Part shown: in pieces, positions 1-11,900 of the stretch | How the letters are laid out: every line of letters starts with the position of its first letter | How positions within the stretch are numbered: the stretch's first letter is position 1 | Assembly: GCF_001194135.2 (NCBI RefSeq) | Contig: NC_069005.1 | Location: 11,070,026 to 11,134,025 of the forward strand | DNA from: Octopus bimaculoides | Lineage: Eukaryota | Length of the DNA stretch: 64,000 nucleotides | Direction: 5' to 3' | Program-made: the position numbers and the translations under genes | The notes under the pieces: model-generated | The model's database searches: none | What the model saw: only the letters and a program-made list of their open reading frames with translations | What the model was told of the DNA's origin: nothing

Positions 1-1636
1 AAAATAACATGCTTTTTTTCCAACAAAGATGGTGTGCTTATAGCTTAATCCCTGTGAAAATGGTAACTTGTTAATTAATGCTCTTTGGTTAGCACAAGTG
101 GTATGTTTATAAGTGCAACGGAAATTGCATGGCAGAATGGTTTAGAAGTTCACTTTGCAATTTCTATGTCTAGGTTCAATCCTCTTGTATGTCATCTTGG
201 AGCAAGTGACTTCTACCACTGCCATGGATCAGCTCAGCTCGAATTTTCTGAGCAGAATTAGACTAAAACTGTGCAGAAGCCTGTTGTATGGATTGTACAT
301 GATATTCAAAGATATGGCCTCATTGCACTGATCCTACTTGAGGATTATGTTATAGGAATGCAACTCTGTGGAATACTCAGCCACTTATGCTAATCCAGTG
401 AGCAGGTAATTCAGTTAATCAAACAGTTGAAGCCTTATTGTTGAGGCTAGAGATCCTATTTTCTTCATTCCTATTGTACTAAAAAATTGTAGAGGGTAGA
501 AGGTACATATACAATATTGTAAAATGGCTGTAAGACTTTTCAGCAGAAAATTGGGTAAAATTCAATCATTTTTTTTTTTTCCTAATAAATATTGTAATTA
601 GTTTAAGCATATAGGCATGTGCATGGTTGTGTAGTTAAAGAGTTTGTTTTGCAACCACGTGGTTTTGGGTTCAGTCTCACGGCACAGTAACTTAGGCAAG
701 TGTCTACTACCATAGCCCTGGGTTGACCAATGTCATGTGAGTAAATTTGGTACACGGAAACTGAAAGCCTGTTGTGCTTGTGTCTGTTTGCCCCTACCCA
801 TTGTTTCATTGTGTTGCTCGGCTTTTATACATGCATTCTATCAGCAAAAGAAACCAATATAAGTACCAGACTTAAAAAAGAAAATACTGAAGCCAGTTTG
901 TTCAAAAGACCCTTCAAGACAATTCCCCAGTTTGGTCGCAGTTTTAAGACTGAAACAGTAAAAGATAATAGTTCACTGCTGATGAATAGTAATGAGTCTT
1001 GTCATTGTTGAAATATAGATTTGCTGGTTCAGCCTGGACCATGGTATTAGTGGCAGGCAAAGGAATGTATGGTATGAAACTTAGTGTTGTTTGCTGGCAA
1101 CAGGTTAAAGTTTAAATATTCAAATTTGTTGTCCCTGCTATGTTTCCATCCCTTGTGCCAAAGACACATTGGATAATTTAGATCTAGATGTACTTTGCCT
1201 TTAAAAAAAAAAAGGTGAAAATAAAAAGAACCAGAAGAAAATAACAAGAATGTTTAATTGTAGAGTTATTTGATCAGGCCTGACCTATGGTTAAATAACA
1301 TTCTTCCTCGTGATGTCAGAGTTTGGACAGTGTTTTTGTGGTATTAGCACTGCTGTAGATAAGTTTGGTTGTGGAGTTTATAAGTGTTCATTTTGTGTCC
1401 AGTAAGTCTTCATGGAGCCCAGTAGTTCCCAGAGTTAGTGGTCCTGCCCCTCTGAGGGTGGTGGCAATAATGCAAGTGGCCAAAAGGGGACCGGTAGATG
1501 TGAAAACAAAATAATGGGTTAATTAGGTGATTTTATTTGAAATACAGTTGTTTTGAATTTGTTTAGTGGATAATACTCCTAGTGAGAAGTTAACAATTTC
1601 AAGCATTTCTTACAGTTGAATTTTATTTAATTTCAG

Positions 1637-1710
1637 GAAAGACTTCTAGAGTTGAAAAAGGTTCCTGCTGCCAGGAGCAAACCATTAGGTCTTTCGAAAG
1701 AATTTTACAC
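1637..1710 (+). CDS. EIF4ENIF1: 4E-T exon w1 (74 nt, phase 0->2): ERLLELKKVPAARSKPLGLSKEFY
   Basis: tttcag|GAA...AC|gtaagt. Matches human (YTK)EELLDIKELPHSKQRPSCLSEKY; second half of the YxxxxL-phi motif. Phase continues into w2. Confidence 0.85.
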
Positions 1711-4700
1711 GTAAGTATCTTGAGTATTTAACCCTTTGTTGTCATATTTCTATTGAAATATTTTGTTTCAATTAATTTTGTAAAAAAAAAGAATTTAGTG
1801 AGGTGACTTTCTCACTATTAAGCTTGTGTTTGGAAGAAAAATTATCATGGAATTTTGATAGGAACTTTTTAGATCACTTCAAACCTTTAACATCTAATGT
1901 GGCCCATGTCCAGCCTGAATAATCTACGTTTTATCTTCGAATTGGCCACATCTGGCCTCTGACACCTATCATGTCATTCTACAAAGTAATCATGTCATTG
2001 AAATTTCAAAGCTACAAAGTAATGCACGATTAATTCAAACCAATGGGAATAAATAAGCATTGCATTTGATAGAAAAATCTGAATGCTAAAGAGTTAAAAT
2101 AGGAAGTTTATATCATGGTATCTAGACAGGTTGATGTTAAGAGTTCTTTCCAAAAGAATATTCTTTCTTGCTAAAACCACTACTTATTTCAATTTGAGTT
2201 GGGCCCTTTTAAAGTTTCTTTACAGGTTATGTTGAATTTGTTTAAATAACTTGTTTACATTTTGAGTTTTCACTTTTCTGCTTTGTATAAAAAAAGAAAA
2301 AAACTTGATATCAATTTATACATTTATAAGTGGGTTTTTTTTTTTTATTATAAGGGCTCGCTTTTTGTTAATTGAAATTACAAATTTTTCTTTTTACATT
2401 TATCTTTCCAATGTGTAATTTCCAAATTCTGATTGTAATTATCATGGTTAATTAAATTTTTTTTTCCTAGTTCATTAAACAAATTTCTTAAATTTGTCAT
2501 CACCATACATTCATCCATTTCCTCTACTCACTATTTTTGAGAGGGTTCTGTGGGGCTAGTCCTCATATGCTTCCCCTATAGTTACTTCAATCTCACGTAT
2601 CTATCGTTAACTTTCCAGCTGGATTCATATGTACAACCAACTGAGATGATGGATATTATTCAACCATTCTGTTCTTGGTCTACTCTTAGATCCTTGAAGC
2701 CAAACCATCTGGCAAGAGATCTGTTTTGCAATTCTTTCCTGTGACATTCTAATCACATGTCTATAGTACCAGAGCTGTAACTTCTCAATGCAGAGTAGCA
2801 GCAGCTCAGCCTGGAGAGTCTCTCTGATCTCCAAGCTATGTACCTTATTGAGTAACATTACAACTAAGTTCCTTCAGAAGACTTCCATCTTGGTCTCTTG
2901 TATTCACAATCTTATATCGATTGGTCATTACCTAACATTCATGACCATAGGTGAAGGTGGACATGGAAACCAAACTGAAGATAGCAATCTTGGCTATCTT
3001 ATCAATTTCTTCTGAGGATTAAATGCTAGAGCTGGTGCATTATTACAACAAAATTAGAAGCTTGTCAACCTACCAACCACATGGTTCTGGGTTCAGTCCC
3101 ACTGTGTGGCACCTTGGGAAAGTGTCTTCTACTATAGCCTCGGGCCAACCAAAGCCTTGAGTGGATTTGGTAGGCAGAAACTGAAAGAAGCCCGTTGTAT
3201 ATATGTATATATATATGTATGTTTGTGTGTCTGTGTTTGTCCCCCCAACTTCGCTTGGCAACCGATGCTGGTGTGTTTACGTCCCCGTAACTTAGCGGTT
3301 CGGCAAAAGAGACCGATAGAATAAGTACTAGGCTTATAAAGAATAAGTCTTGGGGTCGATTTGCTTGACTAAAGGCAGTGCTCCAGCATGGCTACAGTCA
3401 AGTGACTGACACAAGTAAAAGGGTACTCAAGTAATTTTCAGAGTGAGGCATTCCATTGTTTTATTTTTATAAATTGTAGTTACTTGATCTAGAAGGGGGC
3501 AGTTCTCGTGGCCTTTATCAGGCTTTCTGGGGCTAGTGAGATTGGGGGCTGTTAAGGGGTTCCTTTTAACCTGTTTCAAGTTGATATAAGCAGGAAAGTT
3601 GTGGCTGTGAGATTCCAGCAAGTTGCTGTTCTGGGAAGATGGATGGGACTGTGAGTTTTTGGTTAGTGTGGTGGACTTGAAGTGGCCCAGCAAAAGGACA
3701 CACAAAAAAAAAGAAAATGAAGACGAGAAATGAGTAGGTCTGTATCTGACTCATTCCAAAGAGCAGGCTGGATTGTTTTCTGTATGATTTTAAGCCAATC
3801 AATCATGTGGCCACCCCCATCTCTTTCTGCCCCTCTATATCCCTTTTTCATACTGGTATGGTTGATGTGGCTGATAACAAACACGAAGAAATAGAGGGAA
3901 GTCGTTGGTAGGGATCTGGTCTGAATACCATTAATAGAAATAGTAGCCAAATCTCCCTCAGATCAGTTCCGCAGGCATCTTGGAAAAGGACACGTTTGAT
4001 ATGGCCCTTGGCAAAAGACAGGATCGTCATGGTTTGAACACCTTTGATCACGGGTCTGCTTGATCAGGTCTCAGTCAGGGTTAAACAACCATCACCGCTG
4101 CTAAGGCCACTTAAGCATGTGGTGGTGGTGACGGTGGTGTTAACCCGGGTGTCATGGAAGTGTAAATATGTATAAAAAGCTTGTGGATATTTGAGGTTTA
4201 TGTTGCTATATTTATGCTTATTGTAAAACCGTTGCTATCTCTTCGAGATCGCCACCTGATGATGCCCCCTACCCCCTCCTTTATACCATAAAATATGGGG
4301 TTAATTGGAATTTGTGACACTTATGTCTATTTCCCAAGGACATATTAGCAACCTTTGTGAAACGTGGCCAGCCTATGCCAACTGATTTTAATTTGAATTG
4401 TAAATAATTTTATTATTGATAGTTGCTGCAAAGGCGGCAACAGCAGATTTTCCCACTATCTTTGGGTAATACCAGGCGAAGAAATGTATGCTGTTGATGT
4501 TAATGATGGTGATAATGATAAAACTAATTTTGGCACAAGGCCAGCAGTTTTGAGGAGAGGGGGAAATCGTATCGATTTCAGGATTTGACTTCGTCGACCC
4601 CCGCCTTCGAGCAGTGGTTCTTATCTGGGGGGTTCATGTAAAATTTTGTTAAAATTTGTGCAATCGTTTGCTTATGCTTCCACAATACACAATTTATTTT

Positions 4701-5332
4701 TTTTTAATTGTAATTATAAAAATAATGGTTTTTAAAGAATAGAAATGGCTTATGAGGGACCAGTAGAATAAAATAGGAATCAGAAGGGTCCGTAGAAAAA
4801 AAAAAAAAACTACTATAAAAGATTGTAGGCACTGTCGTGTCACAAAATATTTGGGATGGGTGGTGGGGGTCTTCAGATTAGCTTACATTTCTTGTGATTG
4901 TCTTATTCACAGCAAGACTTTTTTTTCTAACTTCATACGGTAAAACTTGTTTTTGCTGTTAAATTATTTCTCATGCTTGGCATGATATTACAAGCCATGT
5001 CAACCTTCCCCCCCCCCCAGCCTACTATTTGATGAATAAACGAATATGATTCTGATGTAAAGTTAATTACTATTTGTGTGTCTTGTTATTCTGTTAATGT
5101 TACAAGCATCACAAGCCTTGGCGTTCTTGTGTGGTTAGTGGTAGTGGTAGTGGTGATGGTGGCGGTGAGGATTGTATACGCATGCATTTTATTTTAGGCA
5201 ATGTACACTAAATTCTATAGGCTTCTAATTTTTAAAAGACTGTCATTCCACTCACCACCAATTTAATTACATCTAAAAACATGTTTTAGTTCTAATTTAC
5301 TAAGTCTCCCTCTGTGTGGGTGGGTGTGTATG

Positions 5333-5401
<69 letters not shown>

Positions 5402-8400
5402 CATGATATACGTAATGTCAAAATGTTTGGATTTTAGTTTTCCTCACTTTGCGTGATTAGTCTCGAGCAAGAGGCTTAAGCTTATTTTATTTTAAAAAAG
5501 AGCAAAATCCTGCATCACTGCTCTAATCTAACTGCAAGGAACTTCCTCAAACGAATGTCTTGTATGATTTTGTTTTGTTTACATCTCTGGGCGGCCATGT
5601 TAGTTTTGTCATTCATTTCACTGCCGCCATCTTTGTTGCCTCGTTCTCGGTTTGGCCTTTAAATTACCAAATATTTATTTTATTTTTTCTCTCTCTCATT
5701 CTTTCCCGTCATCCACGGCTTTATATTTTTATTTTCGCTTCTCCTCTTATCTCTAACTTCGGATATTTCTCCATTAAAAAAACAAAAATCGATATTTTTT
5801 TTATTTCCCAAACAACTATCTCTCTTTCTCTCCACTTGTTTTTCTTCTTTTACAGTTATCTTCTCTTACCACCCCTCTATATCTTTCCTTGGTGTCGTCA
5901 CTGTTCTAAAGTATAAATCATTTATTCCGTTTGTAAACTTGATGCCTACTTAACTAAGCTCATCTCTCATTCCCCACCCCCGACTATTTACTATTAGTTT
6001 CCTGTCATTCATTACTCCTGTTCTAATTACTCGTTGCCCCCCCCATCTCCATCCACCCTTTCTATCTTTAATCTTACTGCAATAGATCTCTATGTACTTT
6101 TACTCCACCTCTCCATCTCTTTCTCTTTCTTTCAGTTTTTTGGGTTTTTTCTTTTATCTGGACATTCGTTTATTTTTGCTGCCATGGCACCTTCTTTGCT
6201 CACTTCGTATGTTATCGTTGACATCAATGTCTGTGTTTACATTTTCAAGAAATTAAATTGTCAACCGCTTCACTTCGCCGTCTTCGCATTCCTTCCACCC
6301 CACCCCCCTTAATTTTGCATCTCGCTCCAGTCTTTGTTTAACCAATACCAACACACATTTAAATTGTCATTGTTGTGTAGCCCAAAGTCAGCTCTGATCG
6401 AGTAAGCTTTATGGTCAGGTGCATTCCACCAGTGACCGTCTGGTCTTATATACTTACGCCTACAGTATCCAATGTGTCCGTCATTTTTTAAAGACGCCAG
6501 TGCGTGACTTGACGGAATTTGGCTACTGTTTATAGAAGGTCGAGTGTTCAAATTGTATTCAGTTTCTCCGTATTGCTCGACAGTTACTATTGTAATTGAT
6601 GTTTGTCTTATGAAACAAAGGACAGTTCGCTAAGCATTGATTAATGTAAGATGTGGCTGCATCGAAGTGTATTGTGTACGTCTTATGACCTAGTTGTTTT
6701 TCATTCCACATCTTTCGTAGTTTCCCTAGCTCCAGGTCAGTTTTGATATGCAAATGTAGGACCAAATCTTCCATCAGATTTGACAATGGAACAAACCCGA
6801 ATCAATCAGATGTTTTACACTCTTTTTTTTGTCCAAATCATTTTTAATACGTTTGTCCTAAACGTCCACACTTATATTTTCAAACTTGCAGTTAGCCCTT
6901 GCGTTCTGAGTAGTAGAAAGCTTTCTTTTCGTGAATCCCAAATTACTCTGGTGGTTGAATAAAAAAAAAAAAAACGTATCATACGATATGTGGACGCCAG
7001 AGAAATATGCCCGTGTATCATGTGATACAAAACAGTGTAAGCCAACTCCAGTGTGAGTAACTTCAGTGAAATTCGTTTGCTACTTTGTAACAGGTCGAGA
7101 GACCACACAGTATCCTAAAAGATCAAGAAACACTACATAGTTACAACCAGTTCTCTCTTAGCCTACCCTGCAAAGCCGTCGCTAAGCCCCTACAATCCCT
7201 GCGGCCATAGGGGGGCCTCTGCAGTTCAGGGGCCCTATGTGAAGATCAAAGTACATAGATGAGTCGTCTATTTACTTTGGCTAAGATGTTGAACAAGAAT
7301 TAAACTGTGTTAACTGAAAATTTCAAGAAATAAAATGGTAATACATTGTATCTGCAAAAGTTCTTGTAAAAATATTACTTTGTACCATGTACGTGTACCA
7401 GACTGGATTGTTTGGTATCTATTGGACACTGACTTAGCCCTCAGCTTGATTATTCTGAACTGATTGATGTGTGAAAAGTGTGCTGTTTGTCTTTGAAAGT
7501 TGCCTGGATTGTAAAAGTGCTCTGTTATTCATATCTGGAAGTTTTGCTTATTAAAATTTGTAATAGATCTAAATAAATTTAACTTGTACTTTTAAAGATG
7601 TTCTTTAGAATAACATGAAATATTGAAGTTAAGATAGAATAAAGAAAAATATAACTATGAATAAGAAGTATGTAGATTAGGATGGGTCCTTGAAGCAAAG
7701 TTGCGGGGGGGTGGAGTGGAGGGCTCTAAAAGTCACATGATGGAGCTGAGGCAAAGATGCTATACCTGAAGGTGCAGGGAAGAGATGGCCTTGGACAGAA
7801 TGTTTTTGATCATCTATATATGCTCAAATATATATTAGTTTGGAGCTGATCAACAAATGGCAGAAGACAGAATATCAATCTAATCTCTAAGAACTTTCGA
7901 AGTTTTTGGCATCTCAGGATTGCATGTATTCCTGTTATATTATGAATCACTATATTTTTGGATCTATATGTTGTGAGTCCTGAACATTTTCATCCCCAAC
8001 TGATCCGTGTATCATTTTCAATTTATAACCGATGCATGGGTCTTGCCATGAATGATATTGTCATTTAATGTCTGATTTTGACGCTGGCATGGGTTGCAAA
8101 GTTTAATAGGATCCAGCAAGCTACGGGGTGCTCCGAGCTCTAGTGTCGGCTCAGCTTTTACATGGTTTCCATAGCTGGATACTCTTCCTAAGGTTATCCA
8201 CTTCACAGTGTCAGGGAGTGGAGGTACAGACCCCCCCCCACGACAAAGTGAGGGAATTGGTATTTCAGAGGGAGAAGTGGCTTTATGCCAGGTGTTGAAA
8301 GGGGCAAATAGGTGTCTTGCTGTAGAGGAGATACATGGCTATCCCACATATTAGGGTGGGTGGTCATGTGAAGGAGATAGGACTGATGGGGTGCTAGAGC

Positions 8401-8894
8401 AAACTGTCAAAAGTAATTAGTATTTCTGAAGAACAAGTTTTAAATTATGGCTATACTTGTATTTAACATATGCAGCAGTTAATATCAACAAGCATGGCTG
8501 CTTTACAACCACATATGTTTGGAATGAATCTCATCACATGGCATTTTAGACAAATGTTTTCAGCTATAGCTCAGGGCTGACCAGTGTAAGGGAATTTGGT
8601 GAATGAAAACTTTATAGAAGCCTGTTTGTTTGTTTCCCACCGTTTTACAATCGATATTGATTTGTATTTGTTTGTAGCTCTGTGATTCAACAGAAAGTCT
8701 GATGGAATAAGTATTGAAATACAAATGATTTCTCTGTATTATTAGACTTTTTTTTTGTACACAAAGCCTCTGTCTCTTGCTCTCCATGATCCCACTTACC
8801 TCTGATACACCTATTTGTAATTAGGCTAATCATGTATTTCACACCTTGAATAAAGGCATGCAGCATATATACATATATATATATATATATATAA

Positions 8895-8963
<69 letters not shown>

Positions 8964-11900
8964 CGCAGGAGTGGCTGTGTGGTAAGAAGCTTGCTTACCA
9001 ACCACATGGTTCCGGGTTCAGTCCCACTGCTTGGCACCTTGGGCAAGTGTCTTCTACTATGGCCTCGGGCCGACCAAAGCCTTTTGAGTGGAATTGGTAG
9101 ACAGTAACTGAAAGAAGCCCATTGTATATATGTATGTGTTTGTGTGTCTGTTTGTCCCCTCCCCCACCATCGCTTGACAACCGATGGTGGTGTGTTTATG
9201 TCCCCGTAACTTAGCCGTTCGGGAAAAGAGACCAATAGAATAAGTACTAGGCTTCCAAAGAATAAGTCCTGGGGTCGATTTGCCCGACTAAAGGCGGTGC
9301 TCCAGCATGGCCGCAGTCAAATGACTGAAACAAGTAAAAGAGTAAAATATGGACAGTGTGAACCATAAGATTAGTTTTTAGCACCTTGACCTGTTTGGGT
9401 TTAAAGGACAAAACTGTGTCCTTCTGACTGCTTTATCTATATACTACTAAAACAGATTCCTTGCTTGCTTGTCTGTAATTTAATACAGCCAAACCGGCAC
9501 ATAATGGGAAAATACTCTGAAATTAAGGTACCCCTGAAATGCAAATACAAACAATAAAACAAGTTTCGCATAAATTGGACCATGGAATTCCTGAGATACA
9601 CGTTTTTTTTTTGTGGGGGGGATACCTTCATAAATAACCAAAGTGGCACATATTGGAAAATACTCTGGAAGTAACATAACCCTGAAATGGGAATAAATAA
9701 TATTGTAAAAATTGTTTCCATTAAGTTTGTTTACGTTCTATAACAATTCCGTTTACATTTTGTAGAAGTGTGTACATATCCCATAAATAAATGCTGTTAC
9801 TGGAGTTCTTCTCAGAAGTTCTGTTTCTATTAGTTGCTGTAAATAATCAATAAAACCTTAAATATGAACATGACATGAATGAAATAAAATATTTAACGGA
9901 GTCATCATAAAATTAACTTTCATTTCAATGCCATGTTGAAATCAACTTCAATGTTTTATAAACTGAACCAACAGTGACCCAATAGGTCACGGGCAGTCTG
10001 GTATTTACTAAAAGTATACAAATAATCACTAGGAAAAAACTTATAAAATCAAAAAGCTGGTTTTATGAAGAAAAAAAAAAAAAAAGGTACATAGTCTTTA
10101 TTAATATTCTGAAAGATTGAAAATTTTTATCCCATTAAAATTTATTAAATGCTGTTATAGAATGTTTGGTATTTCTGTCAGTTTCTTGCTGAACTACTAA
10201 GTTATGGGGACATCAAAAATAAAAATCCCAAATTTACTAACCTTTTGTTTTTAGAAACAAATGCTTCTTCATAGATCTTAAATCTGATTTTTAGTAGAAG
10301 AAAAATTGTTGAAATCTGTGGAATTATAAAATTTAATGCGTTATATTACAGTTTGCTTTGAAAGTTGGTGCATTTTTCACTATTTCTCCAAAGCCCTACA
10401 CTTTGCTAGCAACAATGTTGTAAGCTTAAATCTTTAGCATTCAGATTACTGTCAAATGTAAAATGCATTTATTCATACTGTTTTGAATTAATCATGCCTT
10501 ATCTTGTAGCTTTGAGATTTCAATGGTGTGATTGTTTCTAATGATATTGTCAGATAGGCATGAAAGGCCAGATGTGGCCAATTTGAACATAAAACAGGTA
10601 GAATATTTGGGCCAGATATGGCCAGTTTAAAAGCTAAAGGGTTAAACTTGTAGCATGTAAACTGGCCATATCCTATCCTACAATGTCATTTTAAGAATAA
10701 TCACCTCATTGAAATCTCAAGACTACAAGATAGTGCATGATGAATTCTAAAACAATATGAATAAATAAGCATTACATTTGACAATAATCAGAATGCTAAA
10801 TGGTTAAACTTGCTGTGGAGGTGGCATTATGGATCAGGGCTGCAGATTCTGTAGATAAAACTATTGACGCCTTGGCATAAAATGTTTTAAAATTTTCAAT
10901 TTTATAGATAGTATTTTGACTATTTTGACATAATTTGAAAGACCTTAAAGGTAGGAAGCTGTGGTAGAAGTTCCATTTCTTCAAACAAGTCGTTAGTAAA
11001 TTTCGGATGTTGATTTAGTTCTTAGTCTGTAGGAATGATTCCTTTTGTAAATTGTATTTAAAAAAAATTTTTTTGTCCAACTAAACTTTTCACTCCTTTA
11101 CAGTATAATTATATCATTAATAAACAATTGCAGCGTGGAAGGTGTTTATAAGCCATTTAAAATAACACACAAAGACCACTAGATTCACTTCAACATTTAA
11201 ATTTAATTTGTCAAAATATTTTTCTCGTTTTGAGACCGCGACCTGTTCACTGACAAAGTTCTGTACTTGAACAGGTCGTGGTCTCAAAGCGACGAAAATA
11301 TTTTGACAAATTAAATTCAAATGTTGAAGTGAATCTAACTGCATTTGTGTGTTTTTAAATGGCTTATAAACACCTTCCACGCTGCAATTGTTTTCATTCC
11401 AGCACACGATCTCGGATCAGGTCGCTTGCTATGCAAGTACATCTCCGCAATTCTGAAAGCTATATCATTAATGTGATTGTTAATGTGGCATTCACTTCAG
11501 TTTTATATTTGAAAATGCTTTAGCTTTAAAAAGGCAGGGTTACATACCTAATTCCTTTCATTTCTATTAAACTGGTAATTTCAGTTGTATTAGGTGTTAA
11601 AAACATCCTTCAGTGACAGCTCTAACCTTTACACTTTAACAGGTTAGGGTGTTAAGAAATCTGTTCCCTCACACGGGCCTGTGTATTATGTACTTTCAAT
11701 TAAAATAGATGCTTAATTGTTTAGCATTCAGTTTTTTTTTTTTCGTACAAGCATGAGTTGGGCAGTTTGACAGGAACTAGTAAGCAAGGGGACTGCTGAG
11801 CACTGATTCTGCTAGGGTTGATTTTGCTTTTAGTCTTGTTTGGGGTTAGTGTTATAAAAAAGACAAAAAAATTACTGGTCTAGTACCTGAGGTGATAATA

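Noticed and set aside
1-1636. Search for the 4E-T start exon ending Y-x-K
   Set aside because: No suitable exon found; the region is mostly decayed repeats, so the start is presumed upstream.
3427-3705. 92-aa minus ORF as a possible exon of a nested antisense gene
   Set aside because: No recognisable homology and no convincing splice pair.
9497-9688. Imperfect ~45-bp direct repeat spaced ~147 bp
   Set aside because: Most likely internal repeats of an old DNA transposon; no ends or TSD identified.
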